From Amphiscolops sp. MND2022 (Eukaryota), in the NCBI GenBank assembly GCA_964187785.1, contig OZ076409.1, forward strand, positions 49,788,001-49,852,000: a stretch of DNA of 64,000 bases, read 5' to 3'. The position numbers and the translations under genes are program-made. Positions within the stretch are counted from its first letter, which is position 1. The number at the start of each line of letters is the position of its first letter. Below the pieces are notes generated by a model. The model did no database searches, was not told the origin of the DNA, and saw only the letters and a program-made list of their open reading frames with translations. This document shows, one piece after another, positions 36,770 through 50,240 of the stretch.

Positions 36770-39700
36770 TGGAAATCTCGTAGTGATCCAGGAGAATCAA
36801 CCTGATTCCAATCAGCCAGTTTCGGCGCCCCGATCATCATCCAATCTGTCCACCTGTAGTGAAACTATTGAAGAACCTGTTCACCTATGCTGACCGCACT
36901 TTGTGTATTTTTGTGGATATCGACCCAAGTTGGGACAACACCTTCCTGCCAGCCCCTAACAGATTTTCCCAGACGGAAAAAGCTGATCCGATTGCCGTTA
37001 AGGTATCCAAGTCCGATGTCCTAGAATGTGCAACGAGTGGCCCCTGTCAGACGAGCGTAATACAGCAAGAGACACTGAATCAGGTTGTTACGGATGCTAG
37101 TGATTGGACACACGACAGAGGACACGACTATTTTGCTACCGATACCAGCCAGGTGGAAGTCTTGTACGACAGTGCAGGTGTAGACGGAGCGCCCAATCAA
37201 CCAACATCCTGCATCCAAAATTCCGACCATTTCTCTACTCAACGAGATGGAGACATGCACGATAAGATTCCCTCGGAAGAAGCATGATCAACAAGCGTGC
37301 CCAATGGTCCAAAAATGCCTGAGCAATTCTTCGCGAATGGACGGGCTTTGCTACAAAAACTTTTCTCCATAGCGTTTAGCGAGCCCCAAATACACGCAGG
37401 CCTTAAAACCATCTCTGAGGAGACCGTAAAATTGTCTTTCCAAGTTATGCGTTCCTTAATTAAGCAATCAGCGTTTGGGGGGCGGATATCAAATTCCTGG
37501 ACAGTTCCGTAAGTCTCTAATCCGGTGTAGCACCCCTGCCAGGGTTGCCTCGGAGAGCTCTGGGAGAGAAAGTGGGTGAAGTATACACAACGGATGGGTA
37601 CACCAGTGGTGCCTTGACTTCAGATGAAAATATAAGAGACATTAACCAATTTCAGAACAGTGAACCAGAGTTCAGTTCACTTGTTTTAATGACTGCCACA
37701 ACCTCCAAAGGAAACGGTGGAGATCTGGACATGACTCAACCACCTGCCCCAAGTCCTGGATACAGAGATGGCGTTTACGAGCCTTTGTCTACAATTTGTC
37801 TGGAAACCAAGTCCAAACAGTCTTTTCCCAGTTTTTCACGAAAGAAGTGAAAAATGATCAGCCGACCTGGCAAAGTAATGAAGCCCGCATATTTCAAAGG
37901 AGTGCAAATGGACAAAAACGTTTGTAACTAGTCTCTCGATCCCATCCATGAGTAAAAGGTTCAACACCAAATATGCAAAACAAACGTAACAATCTAATCT
38001 AAAGACGCCCGAGAGATCGTTCGCCACTACCGGTCTGAAGCACACCTCAGGAAGGACCAATGTTGGCGTTACCAAAATCTGGGTACGATTGACAGGGTTA
38101 CAGGGATAACAACCCACGCAGTCAGGGGAAAAGTTGGGCAAATATTAACAGCAAACGAATTGGAGAGTTTGCCCCCTTGGTAGATATTGGCCCCGCGTTC
38201 CTTTTTATGAGGATTACATGGCGAACGCTTGTGTGTTGACCAGCCCTGAAAACCTCAGACTAGGGACACAGAATTCGCTCATCAGGCGTTACGTCCCTCA
38301 CTTTGGCAACCTCTACGTCTCAGAAGGACTCTAGGCAGAAGTGGGTTACTGGAGCTCAGCTACCTTCACGGTATCTGAATGATTTATCGAGTTTTTTCCA
38401 TGCAGGCTACCCTCCTTGTAATGCTAAGAAATCTTTTATTGGTAGACAGTTTTCCACGATGTCTTCTTACGCGGCATCGGGGATATTGCCCAAGCAGTGA
38501 ACAATACTGGATTGTATTCACTTGAGTTTGAGCGCCACGGGAGCCATGCCATTGTGTCCGTGCGATATTGAAAGTGCGAGATTACCTCACAAAGGTTCAA
38601 CTTTGTCGATAGAGCTTGACTTTCAACTGCTTTCCATGCAGTTGTTTTGCTTAGGCCATCACTTGCTGCTACTTACAGATTCGAGTCATCCGGGCCATTT
38701 GCTTTGAGATCATTTCTGTCTGGAAGACTTTCCTGGATCATATCACTATGATTGCGCTCTGACAGGAGTTGCAGGGGGTCAAGAACAAGGTACTTTTGGG
38801 TTTTACCGATAAGTTTCAACATAGGACTAGCACGTGCAAGTTTTTGATCTAGAGTCGTCTAGCAATCCTTGTTGTCTTTTAGCCTCAAAGTCTCGAGTGG
38901 CTTATCACCAGTGACGACATCTTCGCTATCAAGTTGGAGTTTTTCGAAAGGTTCCTGTAATACTGCGAGTTTGTTCTTCTTGCCTTTTATGGTTAAGATT
39001 AGGTAGGGTCTCTTCTAAGGATTTCAGTTTGTCATATTTCTTTTATAGTTACATTTTCCAAGCGCTGGTCTTTCATTTTTTGACAAGAAGTGTTTTGGGA
39101 GAAGCCTTCTGGGACATCGGGACTCAGTGTTTTTTACTTTTGGGCAACTGAACCTGTTTGTCCGAAAATTCTGTTACCGTTCTCTTCTGCCCAAACATCT
39201 GCCCAAATCGAATGACTGCACACACGTGCCTATGATACGGACAGCAGAGCTTCGGCAGTTACCCTCCAGAGACTGCAACTGCCAAGGTTAAACGGGACAA
39301 CAGTGACAAAGCGGCGTCCATTCTCAAATTTGCTGAGTTGGTTGATGTTGCCAGGTAGTCATTTGCCTCAAAAGCAAGGAGTCACCTTATGTTCTTGCTC
39401 GAAAGTTTCCTGGAACATCATAGTCTGAACTCGGACATCGTCAGGGGAACGGCCTGTTTCGACGTGCTCCTGAGCTTGCCCTTGGAACAATCTTCGTTTT
39501 GTTTCGCATAATTGTACTACAGTTTTAATCTTCCTGGATGGCCCGTGGGCTCCTCAGAAGACGACAGTCATGATGAGTCTTTAGAATTCGTGGATCGCTT
39601 CCGTCAGGTCAAATTTTTTACAGAAGTCTCTGGAGGCTTCACTGACATGGTAGACCTGCTGTCATCAATGCCTGAACTCTGAAGCCGACCATACTTTTAT

Positions 39701-40181
39701 CGCCTACTCCGCTTGAGTTGTATGTGTCAACCGAAGACACCATTTTGCTCCCTGCCGTACAGTTCCAGGACGTTGATGCTCAAAGCCCTAGATGTAGACA
39801 CGGAGATGTCCTATTACCCGCGCAGTTTTATTTAGCCTGCGTACCAGGTTCCTTTCCCGTGTGCACAAACGAGCTCTCATTAGCCAAGTTTCACGAGCTA
39901 GAGGATCAGTTCAACTGTGGAAGTTTTGCTAGTGACCCGTGGTCGCATGTGGATACAATCAAAGGAGCAGTTTCTACATGTCCCTCGATGCAGCCTACAA
40001 GTTGCCAAAAGCAGCTAGCTCCAGTCGCTCTGCCTCTTGTAGGAGTTCCCCTACCACACGTAGTCAGCGTAAGAAATCTCCAGAAAAATGCAAACGAAAT
40101 GTCGCTTTTTGGACCACTGTGACTCCAGGATGGGGTAGTAGAGCCCCAAATAAATTTGAGCAGTCGTCTTACGAAAACTAA
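36770..40181 (+). pseudogene. Chain of broken ORFs antisense to pol; putative accessory gene of the LTR element
   Basis: Abutting + strand ORF pieces (36859-37287, 37297-37512, 37545-37850, 39718-40122, 39939-40181) in DNA more GC-rich than its flanks. No recognised domain. Confidence 0.35.
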
Positions 40182-40417
40182 ATGTACACTGTGTACGTTC
40201 GTTTCTAGCTGTTGTGTCTTATCGAACTGTTCATATGTTTATTTGAATTTACTTTCTTTGCAACTCGTTTGTAGCTATAGTAATCATTGTCGTTTGTATT
40301 TATAAAATCTGGTATGATCGCCTTTGAGTACATTTGTTATTCAGTCAGGTTAGTCCCAAGAAAAATAAATCTGTCAATCAAAAGGCCAAAAGGACCCTTA
40401 ACTTGTATGTCTGACGA

Positions 40418-43400
40418 TTATCTATATTGTTCAGTAAAGTTGGGGATGGTTGCAGCGTTCGCTAGATTTTGCGCTGCTGCTTTCATTATCTTCAGTGACG
40501 TAATAGTCCACTCCGCCGCTCGCGGCGTCGGTCGGTAGGCGTGTGGCCGTATCCGGCCCACTATATTTCCTCGGTTCAAACAGCTTGTAATCAAAACGTA
40601 CTTCCCATGAACTAATATACAAATCATATTGCGGTATTACTATTTCATCGCCCGGCTGTAGATTCGCTTCAGAACTTTTGTCCTCGAAAGGCGGGTTTTG
40701 GACAAATATTTTTAGTCTACTTTGATGTAAAATTTTTGTTTTGTTGGTTTTTAACCGACGCACTATGTAATTGTCATTTGACAACAATTTTTGGATGACA
40801 AATGAGCCAGTCCACTTTTAGTCTCGGATCAGTATTTTTGACCCTTGGCTGTCTGCTTTAGGTTGTACTATAAAGCAATGATCTTTTTTAGGCGGAGCAG
40901 CCTTGGCCTTCCGGTCGTAATATTCCTTGTATTTTGAGTACGACTGTTTTACATTCTTCTTTTGGTTTGTGAATCAGGATTTGTTTTTCTTTGTTTTTCT
41001 TTCGCCAACGCATTTGTTGGCAGAAATCTTTTGTGAGGGTTAGTTCCTAATTTGTGATCTAGGAAGTTGTAGGATATGCGTTCATGGAATACCTTGCTCA
41101 GCTCACATCCAAAACTAGAGTGATGTGCAGTTATCATAGTTGCGCACAGCTAGTGGCAAGTATTTGTGCCATTGGAGCATTGGAGTCCCTGTCACCTGGG
41201 GCCATTTTCACGTTTGTCTTGAGAGAGGCATGCGTCCTTTCAGTTTTGCCAATCGTTTGCGGGTGTTCAGTGGTACCGCATTTAAGTGTTAATCCCAAAA
41301 ATTGAGCATTTTCCGCTACAATTGTTGGCGTGAATATGGACCACTTGTCTGTGATGAGGGTTGTCGGCAAGTATGAATGTTTTGTCATTGTATCAAGTAT
41401 CACTTTAGCTACATTTGTAGCTGTTGTCTCAATTAGCGGGTAGGCGAATAGGTATCTTGAGAAATAATCAATTGCTGTCATCACTGTTTGGTATCACGCC
41501 ACCGGTAGATAAATTTGGCAGTAAATCAATTTGCATGGCGTTTTCTGCACCTAAATCCCATTCCGGTAAAGTAAGCAATTCAGGCGTTTTTGCTTATTTG
41601 GGATGCGTTTGTCCTTGGCACACGCTTCGTTTTACAGCCTTCTACCTACTTTTAAGTTTTGCTTTCGGACCATTGAAAGAGATAGTAATTGGATCAAATT
41701 GATAATCAAGATATGAACTATGACGAAAAGAAAAATATCACAAACAACCAACTCTACCTGGCCGGATTACCCTCAAAAAGGGGTCTTCAGAAATTTTGCC
41801 TGGGTAATAAATTTTCAATCAGATTTCTTGTAGCATTTTGGATATGCCTGTGGATATGCGGTGTTTGTGTGCAATGCCATGTAGAGCCTGCAATAGTTAC
41901 TTTACCGAGTGTTCAAGCAGTAATATCTGGTAATTGACATGTCCTGTTTCATCGTAGTACTGCCTCGTGACCTTTTCGTACTCAAGGGCTATTCGGTCCA
42001 AGTTGTTCGAATAGTGTTTATACCGAATGTCCTGTTGAAGTATTTTCTCAGGTTGTTCTTCTTTCTGTATTTTTGCTTTAGTTCGAGTAAAATCGGGTCT
42101 CTAGACTGCTCCAACAATATTTGGTTAGTTCTGCGTAATTCTCGGGTGAAAATGGTATAATGATCCACATTGTTTTTGGTTATCGCGTCAATTCGTATTC
42201 CAGCCTCGTCGACCTTGTGTCTCGTTTTGGACAATTTTTTCCGTTCCCAAAACTGTTTTTGTGTTTCGTCAATTTCTTCAGTGGAGAACACATGCTCCTC
42301 CTCTAACACGCCGGCTGATTGATCACTGCTCTTAATGGGCCTGGTTTCGACATCCTCTCGTCTGTTTAACATCATTTTTTTGTTAGGATCCAATTCCATA
42401 CGAGACATGTAGTCTGCCGCTGTGTTGTTTTAGCCTGAAATGTGAGCAATGATAAAATTGAATTTTGTCACATAATCACAAGCATTCCAGAGGAGCGGTG
42501 GTATAATTTTTGTCTGGAAGAATTCCATGACTGATTTATTATCTGTGAGGATAATTATTGGTATGGGTGTTCACCAGAAAATATGTCCAAACTCCTTGAA
42601 GGCTCAATATATGCTAGGAATTCTTTTGAATATATTCACACATGTTTTCGATCAAAAGCCGAATGGCGCGTAGTACTTTTTGACAGAAGTATACTTTTGA
42701 ATTTGGTCATCTTCGGTGACAATGGCATAACCGGCTGCTTTAAAACTTGCGTCTGACATCAGGACCAGTGGTTTATTTGGTAATGGTTGTTTAAATGCTT
42801 GTTGACTACACCTAATCGATATCTTGATTCATTTCGTTGACTTGTTGTACCAACTCTGTAGTCACTAATACCTTCTCGTCTTTTTTGAGAAGTTGGAAGA
42901 ACGGTACCAATTTCTCTGATAATCTTGGTATGTACTTCCTGTAGAAGTAGAGGAAACAAGATATCGCTGCAATGCCTTCTTGGCCTTTCGAAATTTTGAA
43001 GAAGTTGGTGATTCTTTCTTTTTGGGTTTGACACCTTCTGGGGTATTGGTCCTTCTCGAAAAGTCACTTTCAGTTGCGTCGAAATGACACGTTTGCATCA
43101 ATAGTTTTAGTCCAGCTTCCCTGGTGCATTCGATGATCGCCCTCGAGTTTTCGATGAGATGATCGGCATCGTTAGCTTCGATGCCGATATCGTCCATGTA
43201 TTGGGCGCATTGGTCTGTTTCTATGACCCCGTCCGAATATTCCCTCTTGAAGCTGGAAAAGGCCGACAGGGTTCTACTGAGTGCTTGAGCCAGTCTCCTG
43301 TAGGCGAAAGTCCTGCTTGCGAAACTGAATGCTAGCCTTTCAAAGGACCGTTGGTTCGCCAATTTGAGACAATGGTAGGCCTGCGAGCAATCGAGTTTAC

Positions 43401-46218
43401 ATGAAAGTTTTTACCCGAGCATGTGTTGCGCGGCGTCCGTTAGGGTACTAACTGGTTGAATATTTTTATTCTGTTCATCCGAGAAAAGCTTATTAACCTT
43501 TCTCAGGCCGGCCAGCAATCTTAGTTTTCCAACCGGTTTTTTCTGCGCAAATGTAGTGCTCGCATACTTTGAAAATGACAGTGTTGTAATGATGCTGTAT
43601 TTATGGAGTGACGCCAATATAACTAGTATGTCCTCTTTTATATTGATTGGTGTAGGTAAAATTTAGCTGTATGCGGGTGAATCGTCTTTGGGTAATAGTT
43701 TGTTTGTAAATTCTTCGTTCACTCCAATGTCAAATCTATGACGGCCCAAGATGTCATGAAATTCTACCAAAAACGATTCAATTCGTTTGATATCTTGCTG
43801 TTGAAGCATTGAGTCCTTCCAGTCGACGTTGCTACGGATTTTGCGTCGAGATTATCGCTTTGAGGATTTGAGTTCTCTACTTCCTGCAAGTTACGCAAGT
43901 CTTTGATGATTCGTTGTTGTATCGGCCTATGAGTCTCCTCGTCTCCTGGGTTTTCAGGTTTCGGGAACCAATATTGTTCGCGTAGGTCATTTTTTCTGTT
44001 TGCCCCTAGTGTCTATTAGACCATCAATGGTCAGTTCTCCAAAGTCCTTTCAGAAGATATCATCCTTCGTTTGTATTTGAGACCGAGGTTTGTTGATACG
44101 GGAATATGTGATGGTTTTCTTTCTTTGGCGCCTAGGACGTGTAAGAAAGCCGGCTCATCTATCAATCTGTTTTTGTCCTGAAGCTCTTTTTCGTGTTGTA
44201 TTTCCGCTGTTTCCTCTAAGGTATCAACTTCTGAGTTTGGCTGCCAAAGTTCGATAAGGGCTTGTGATAGTTTATCGTCTTCAATCACGGGATCGTCCTC
44301 ACCGTCTGTTGAAGGGTAGTCGTCACATCTAAATGGTAACTTTTCTTTGTCATATAAAGCTTCGTCTCAGTACGGATCTGTGCCGTACTAAGGGCCATAG
44401 TAAGGAGGGTTATAATCTTCGATAGGTTGTAAGGGTCTGAATTACGTTTCAAAGTCGTTGTTGTAAATTTCGTAGTGTCGGTCTGGGCAATCATTATGTA
44501 CTATTTTATAGGTTTTGATATAGGCTTTTTCCATCTGTTGTTGCCAGACAACGGTTGGAGTACCGTTTGTATCCAAGATAAATTGGCTGAAATTAAGTAT
44601 TGAAAGGTCTGATATGACGTATTTTCGAACCGTTATAGTCATGTATTTGGAGTCGTGGTGAAGTTAGTTTTTTGAATCAGGCTTCTTTGAGTTTGATTGG
44701 CTTGATGTGGACGTTTCGGCATTATTGACTTTTTTGGATGTTCCTTCATTACTTGAGAAATCATTGGTTTTATCATCTGGTCGAGTCTTTTTAGGACGTA
44801 GATGAATTGCAGCGCCTTGCCAACATCCTTCTGTGATGATTTTTTACAAGATTCACATTCTTGTCCTCCATATCCTTTTTCTTTTTCAGTTTTGGACAAT
44901 TTTTCCAGAAATTATCAGTTGCTTTGCTGTAAGAGCATTGAGCACTTTTGTTGGTGTCAATCCCATTGGACAGCAAGTTGCGGCTACTTGTGGACGGTGG
45001 CATCGAGTTCCAGTTCTCTTTCGAGATGTGCTACGATCTCTTCGTATGTCCCATTCTCCAGACGGGCCATATTGTTAATCGCTTCAGTTTTGGAGACAGC
45101 TTAGCGTACATCAAGCTGTCAATACTCCAAGACTTCTGGCGATTTCATGGTATTAGAGTCAAATATGAGCCTATGCCATTTGTGCTTTGTCGTGGATCGT
45201 GATTCCGGTTTCATGTATGTCCTCCGGAGTGTGACCAGCACGTTCTTTAAAATTTGACAGTTGATTGAGTTTACGTTCCTGAATGTCTGCAACGCTCCTT
45301 TTCTCAGTAGTGTGTGGAAAAGATTCGTTTTCATCTGTTCGGTCATCGCCTGCTGCATTTTGATCATCGCGTGGAACAAGTTCTTGAAGAGTTCGAACTT
45401 TCCGCTCTTTCCATCAAATGTCATTGGTTTGGTTTTGACCGGTCTGATTGTCATTGATTGTGGTTTGTTCTGCAGATTGACGAGGACGTCGGCCAATCTG
45501 TTGATAGGGTCCTGAGGCGTTTCAGGCACCAATCTCTGGGATTGGCAGAACCGTGCCGAAAGATGCAATGTGAGTCGATTCCTGTCTCCCCAGGTTCGGA
45601 TTTGAGTGAATTCGTCCTGTCAGGAATTCAGGAATTTGCTGTGGGCTGTCGGTAGCTCCTGTCACCATTCAAGAACTAAGGTCAACCGTGTCTGTTAGAT
45701 CAAAGCTAGACCTACAGTCCTTTCCTGTAATTTTAGTTTTAAACCCAGTCGTTCCATTAGTGTTCTCCTTGACTGATCAATGACAAACCGGAATCAGTAT
45801 CCCTGTTCCCTGAAGACAACGAACTCATGATATTCGGAATATCTGGAATCACTCTTTCAGAGTTTGTTGAATTAATAGCTCTATTGATTTGGTTGTGGCA
45901 TCCATTTCCTGTGATAGTCGCATGTTTATGTCGTTTGAGAATGCTTCCATGAACTCAATGATTCTATACCTGTCTCGGAACAGTATTTTCATGACTAAAG
46001 TCCCTAATCTCGTTTTCATTACAGGAATTCTTTCTGGAATGCGAATCGGAATCAACGCGATTGTTACTTATTGAACCATTGATGGGTTTTGCTAGTTCCC
46101 TCTCTATAGGATTCACATTTTCATTACCAAGTAAATCGTCCATTATTTCGAAATCGGACATCATGTCCATCTCTCTAGACCTTCCTGCTTTCGCATTCTG
46201 TCTCCTTGTAGATGGCAT
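40418..46218 (-). pseudogene. gag-pol pseudogene
   Basis: gag MPSTRRQ... and TFDGKSGKFELF; protease DGLIDT (~44010); RT GKLRLL...LRKVN and QYMDD; RNase H SDASFKAAG and LTDNKS; integrase IDYFSRY...LITD...HPQTIGKTER. Numerous stops and frameshifts. Confidence 0.9.
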
Positions 46219-49200
46219 TAAAATCTGTGCTGGAGTGTAATATTTTTTTATTTCTCGAAATTAAGGAATAGCAGTCGTTTAAACTTTGTATTCAAACTAA
46301 CAAGCAAAATTGTCTCGGAGCCTTCTGGGAAGTCGTATATATACTCCCAGAAGGATGACAAGCCATTTTAGATTGGTCATGTTACTAAAAATAGTATTAC
46401 GACATCTAAAAATAGAATCAAGTCTATAAATAGCAGCGTTACGTATAATCATCAAAACCTTGGCGGCAAAAATTGTTCATGTGACTTGATAGGCTTTCTC
46501 TACATGACAATAGCAACAATGAATTAATAACAATTATATTCAAGCTCATATACATGTAGCTCATTACTGGCCGGTGTACCACAAGTGCATACATATTTGA
46601 GATTAGTAATAGTAGAGTAAAAGCAAAAAGTGGGGCTACTAGTACCTTCAAAATAAGATATCATCAATTGGATGATCATAATATGCTCCATTAAGCAGCA
46701 CCTTTAATTTAAAGTAATTCAGGACTGGATGTCCACCAGCCATTACTGTACTGCTTATTCAGTTGAATTGCCTTAGATGGCCTTTAAATGAAAGTATATA
46801 CAATTTTTGATAAAAGTTCCATAAATTTTCCTGTTCGTGAAAGTAAAATTAACAAATCTTTTTTGAATAAACGGGCTTTTAAAAAGCGTCATCTTAGTCT
46901 TTTCAGACTTTATTAAACACTTACAATGCCTATAAGCATCAAGGCAATTGCATAGCAGTTTGAACCAATGTTTTTCCCCTTTGTTGGATTCCGTCTTTCA
47001 AGAGTTCTTGAAGCCTAGTTCAGTTATAGATCCAAGAAAACTTTTGCATCGAAAACTTTTTCTTTGGACGACAGTCTTTTAGCTTTTAGCCAAAAGTAAA
47101 TCTCTTTTTTGTACCTCAAATTTTAAAATCAATTTAAATTTTTAAGTTGTTTCCGAAATGCTTCTTTATATCAAAAACTACAGTTCTATATGGATTCTTG
47201 TTATTTATGTTACTCCTTCGGGAAAATTCGAAATGGAGGAAAATAACAAAAACGCTAATGGTTTGTGAGCAAGCTAAATCTTCAAAAGTTGATAGCAATT
47301 AGTGTTACGAGCGTCACGGCATTGAATAAAGATAAATGTCTGTTTATTGTTTGGATCTTCAAAATGGAAAGATTTGGATTTTTACTTCGATGCCACGTTC
47401 CTATTAATTTTTTTGCAAGCTTTTCCAATCGGCTTTCTCTTGGACAGATTTTTAAAATATATGATAACTGCTTCGCATTAGTTCGCACGTATACCAGGCA
47501 GTATATAACAGTTTTGAAACTTGCCTTGAGCCTTAATTTTCATTCTCGAAATAATTCAACAGTATTCAAATTGATGTGACTCGAATTTTTTAAAAGAACA
47601 AAAAATGCGGCTACTTGTGGACGGTGGCATCGAGTTCCAGTTCTCTTTCGAGATGTGCTACGATCTCATCGTATGTCCCATTCTCCAGACGGGCCATATT
47701 GTTAATCGCTTCAGTTTTGGAGACAGCTTAGCGTACATCAAGCTGTCAATACTCCAAGACTTCTGGCAATTTCATGGTATTAGAGTCAAATATGAGCCTA
47801 TGCCATTTGTGCTTTGTCGTGGATCGTGATTCCGGTTTCATGTATGTCCTCCGGAGTGTGACCAGCACGTTCTTTAAAATTTGACAGTTGATTGAGTTTA
47901 CGTTCCTGAATGTCTGCAACGCTCCTTTTCTCAGTAGTGTGTGGAAAAGATTCATTTTCATCTGTTCGGTCATCGCTGGCTGCATTTTGATCATCGCGTG
48001 GAACAAGTTCTTGAAGAGTTCGAACTTTCCGCTCTTTCCATCAAATGTCATTGGTTTGGTTTTGACCGGTCTGATTGTCATTGATTGTGGTTTGTTCTGC
48101 AGATTGACGAGGACGTCGGCCAATCTGTTGATAGGGTCCTGAGGCGTTTCAGGCACCAATCTCTGGGATTGGCAGAACCGTGCCGAAAGATGCAATGTGA
48201 GTCGATTCCTGTCTCCCCAGGTTCGGATTTGAGTGAATTCGTCCTGTCAGGAATTCAGGAATTTGCTGTGGGCTGTCGGTAGCTCCTGTCACCATTCAAG
48301 AACTAAGGTCCACCGTGTCTGTTAGATCAAAGCTAGACCTACAGTCCTTTCCTGTAATTTTAGTTTTAAACCCAGTCGTTCCATTAGTGTTCTCCTTGAC
48401 TGATCAATGACAAACCGGAATCAGTATCCCTGCTCCCTGAAGACAACGAACTCATGATATTCGGAATATCTGGAATCACTCTTTCAGAGTTTGTTGAATT
48501 AATAGCTCTATTGATTTGGTTGTGGCATCCATTTCCTGTGATAGTCGCATGTTTATGTCGTTTGAGAATGCTTCCATGAACTCAATGATTCTATACCTGT
48601 CTCGGAACAGTATTTTCATGACTAAAGTCCCTAATCTCGTTTTCATTACAGGAATTCTTTCTGGAATGCGAATCGGAATCAACGCGATTGTTACTTATTG
48701 AACCATTGATGGGTTTTGCTAGTTCCCTCTCTATAGGATTCACATTTTCATTACCAAGTAAATCGTCCATTATTTCGAAATCGGACATCATGTCCATCTC
48801 TCTAGACCTTCCTGCTTTCGCATTCTGTCTCCTTGTAGATGGCATTAAAATCTGTGCTGGAGAGTAATATTTTTTTATTTCTCGAAATTAAGGAATAGCA
48901 GTCGTTTAAACTTTGTATTCAAACTAACAAGCAAAATTGTCTCGGAGCCTTCTGGGAAGTCGTATATATACTCCCAGAAGGATGACAAGCCATTTTAGAT
49001 TGGTCATGTTACTAAAAATAGTATTACGACATCTAAAAATAGAATCAAGTCTATAAATAGCAGCGTTACGTATAATCATCAAAACCTTGGCGGCAAAAAT
49101 TGTTCATGTGACCTGATAGGCTTTCTCTACATGACAATAGCAACAATGAAATAATACATGTAACAATTATATTCAAGCTCATATACATGTAGCTCATTAC

Positions 49201-50240
49201 TGGCCGGTGTACCACAAGTGCATACATATTTGAGATTAGTAATGGTAGAGTAAAAGCAAAAAGTGGGGCTACTAGTACCTTCAAAATAAGATATCATCAA
49301 TTGGATGATCATAATATGCTCCATTAAGCAGCACCTTTAATTTAAAGTAATTCAGGACTGGATGTCCACCAGCCATTACTGTACTGCTTATTCAGTTTTA
49401 TTGCCTTAGACGGCCTTTAAATGAAAGTATATACAATTTTTGATAAAAGTTCCATAAATTTTCCTGTTCGTGAAAGTAAAATGAACAAATCTTTTTTGAA
49501 TAAACGGGCTTTTAAAAAGCGTCATCTTAGTCTTTTCAGACTTTATTAAACACTTACAATGCCTATAAGCATCAAGGCAATTGCATAGCAGTTTGAACCA
49601 ATGTTTTTCCCCTTTGTTGGATTCCGTCTTTCAAGAGTTCTTGAAGCCTAGTTCAGTTATAGATCCAAGAAAACTTTTGCATCGAAAACTTTTTCTTTGG
49701 ACGACAGTCTTTTAGCTTTTAGCCAAAAGTAAATCTCTTTTTTGTACCTCAAATTTTAAAATCAATTTAAATTTTTAAGTTGTTTCCGAAATGCTTCTTT
49801 ATATCAAAAACTACAGTTCTATATGGATTCTTGTTATTTATGTTACTCCTTCGGGAAAATTCGAAATGCAGGAAAATAACAAAAACGCTAATGGTTTGTG
49901 AGCAAGCTAAATCTTCAAAAGTTGATAGCAATTAGTGTTACGAGCGTCACGGCATTGAATAAAGATAAATGTCTGTTTATTGTTTGGATCTTCAAAATGG
50001 AAAGATTTGGATTTTTACTTCGATGCCACGTTCCTATTAATTTTTTTGCAAGCTTTTCCAATCGGCTTTCTCTTGGACAGATTTTTAAAATATATGATAA
50101 CTGCTTCGCATTAGTTCGCACGTATACCAGGCAGTATATAACAGTTTTGAAACTTGCCTTGAGCCTTAATTTTCATTCTCGAAATAATTCAACAGTATTC
50201 AAATTGATGTGACTCGAATTTTTTAAAAGAACAAAAAATG
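44979..50240. repeat. Tandem duplication, 2 x ~2.63 kb (part of gag, the LTR and flank)
   Basis: 44979-47605 and 47606-50238 are near-identical. A 2-nt microhomology TG occurs at 44979, 47606 and 50239. The duplicated LTR lies at ~48295-49435. Confidence 0.95.

Larger units (their letters stand above)
34104..46802 (-). mobile_element. Decayed Gypsy/Ty3-type LTR retrotransposon, ~12.7 kb
   Basis: Diverged ~1.1-kb direct repeats at 34104-35208 and ~45668-46802. PBS-like TGGTGACAGGAG on minus from 45667. Domain order is gag, PR, RT, RNase H, IN. No TSD found, so pairing of the two LTRs is inferred. Confidence 0.7.

Noticed and set aside
37080..37110. VVTDAS as the RNase H motif of a second retroelement
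   Set aside because: No other RNase H or RT residues are recognisable around it on that strand. A 4-residue match is insufficient.
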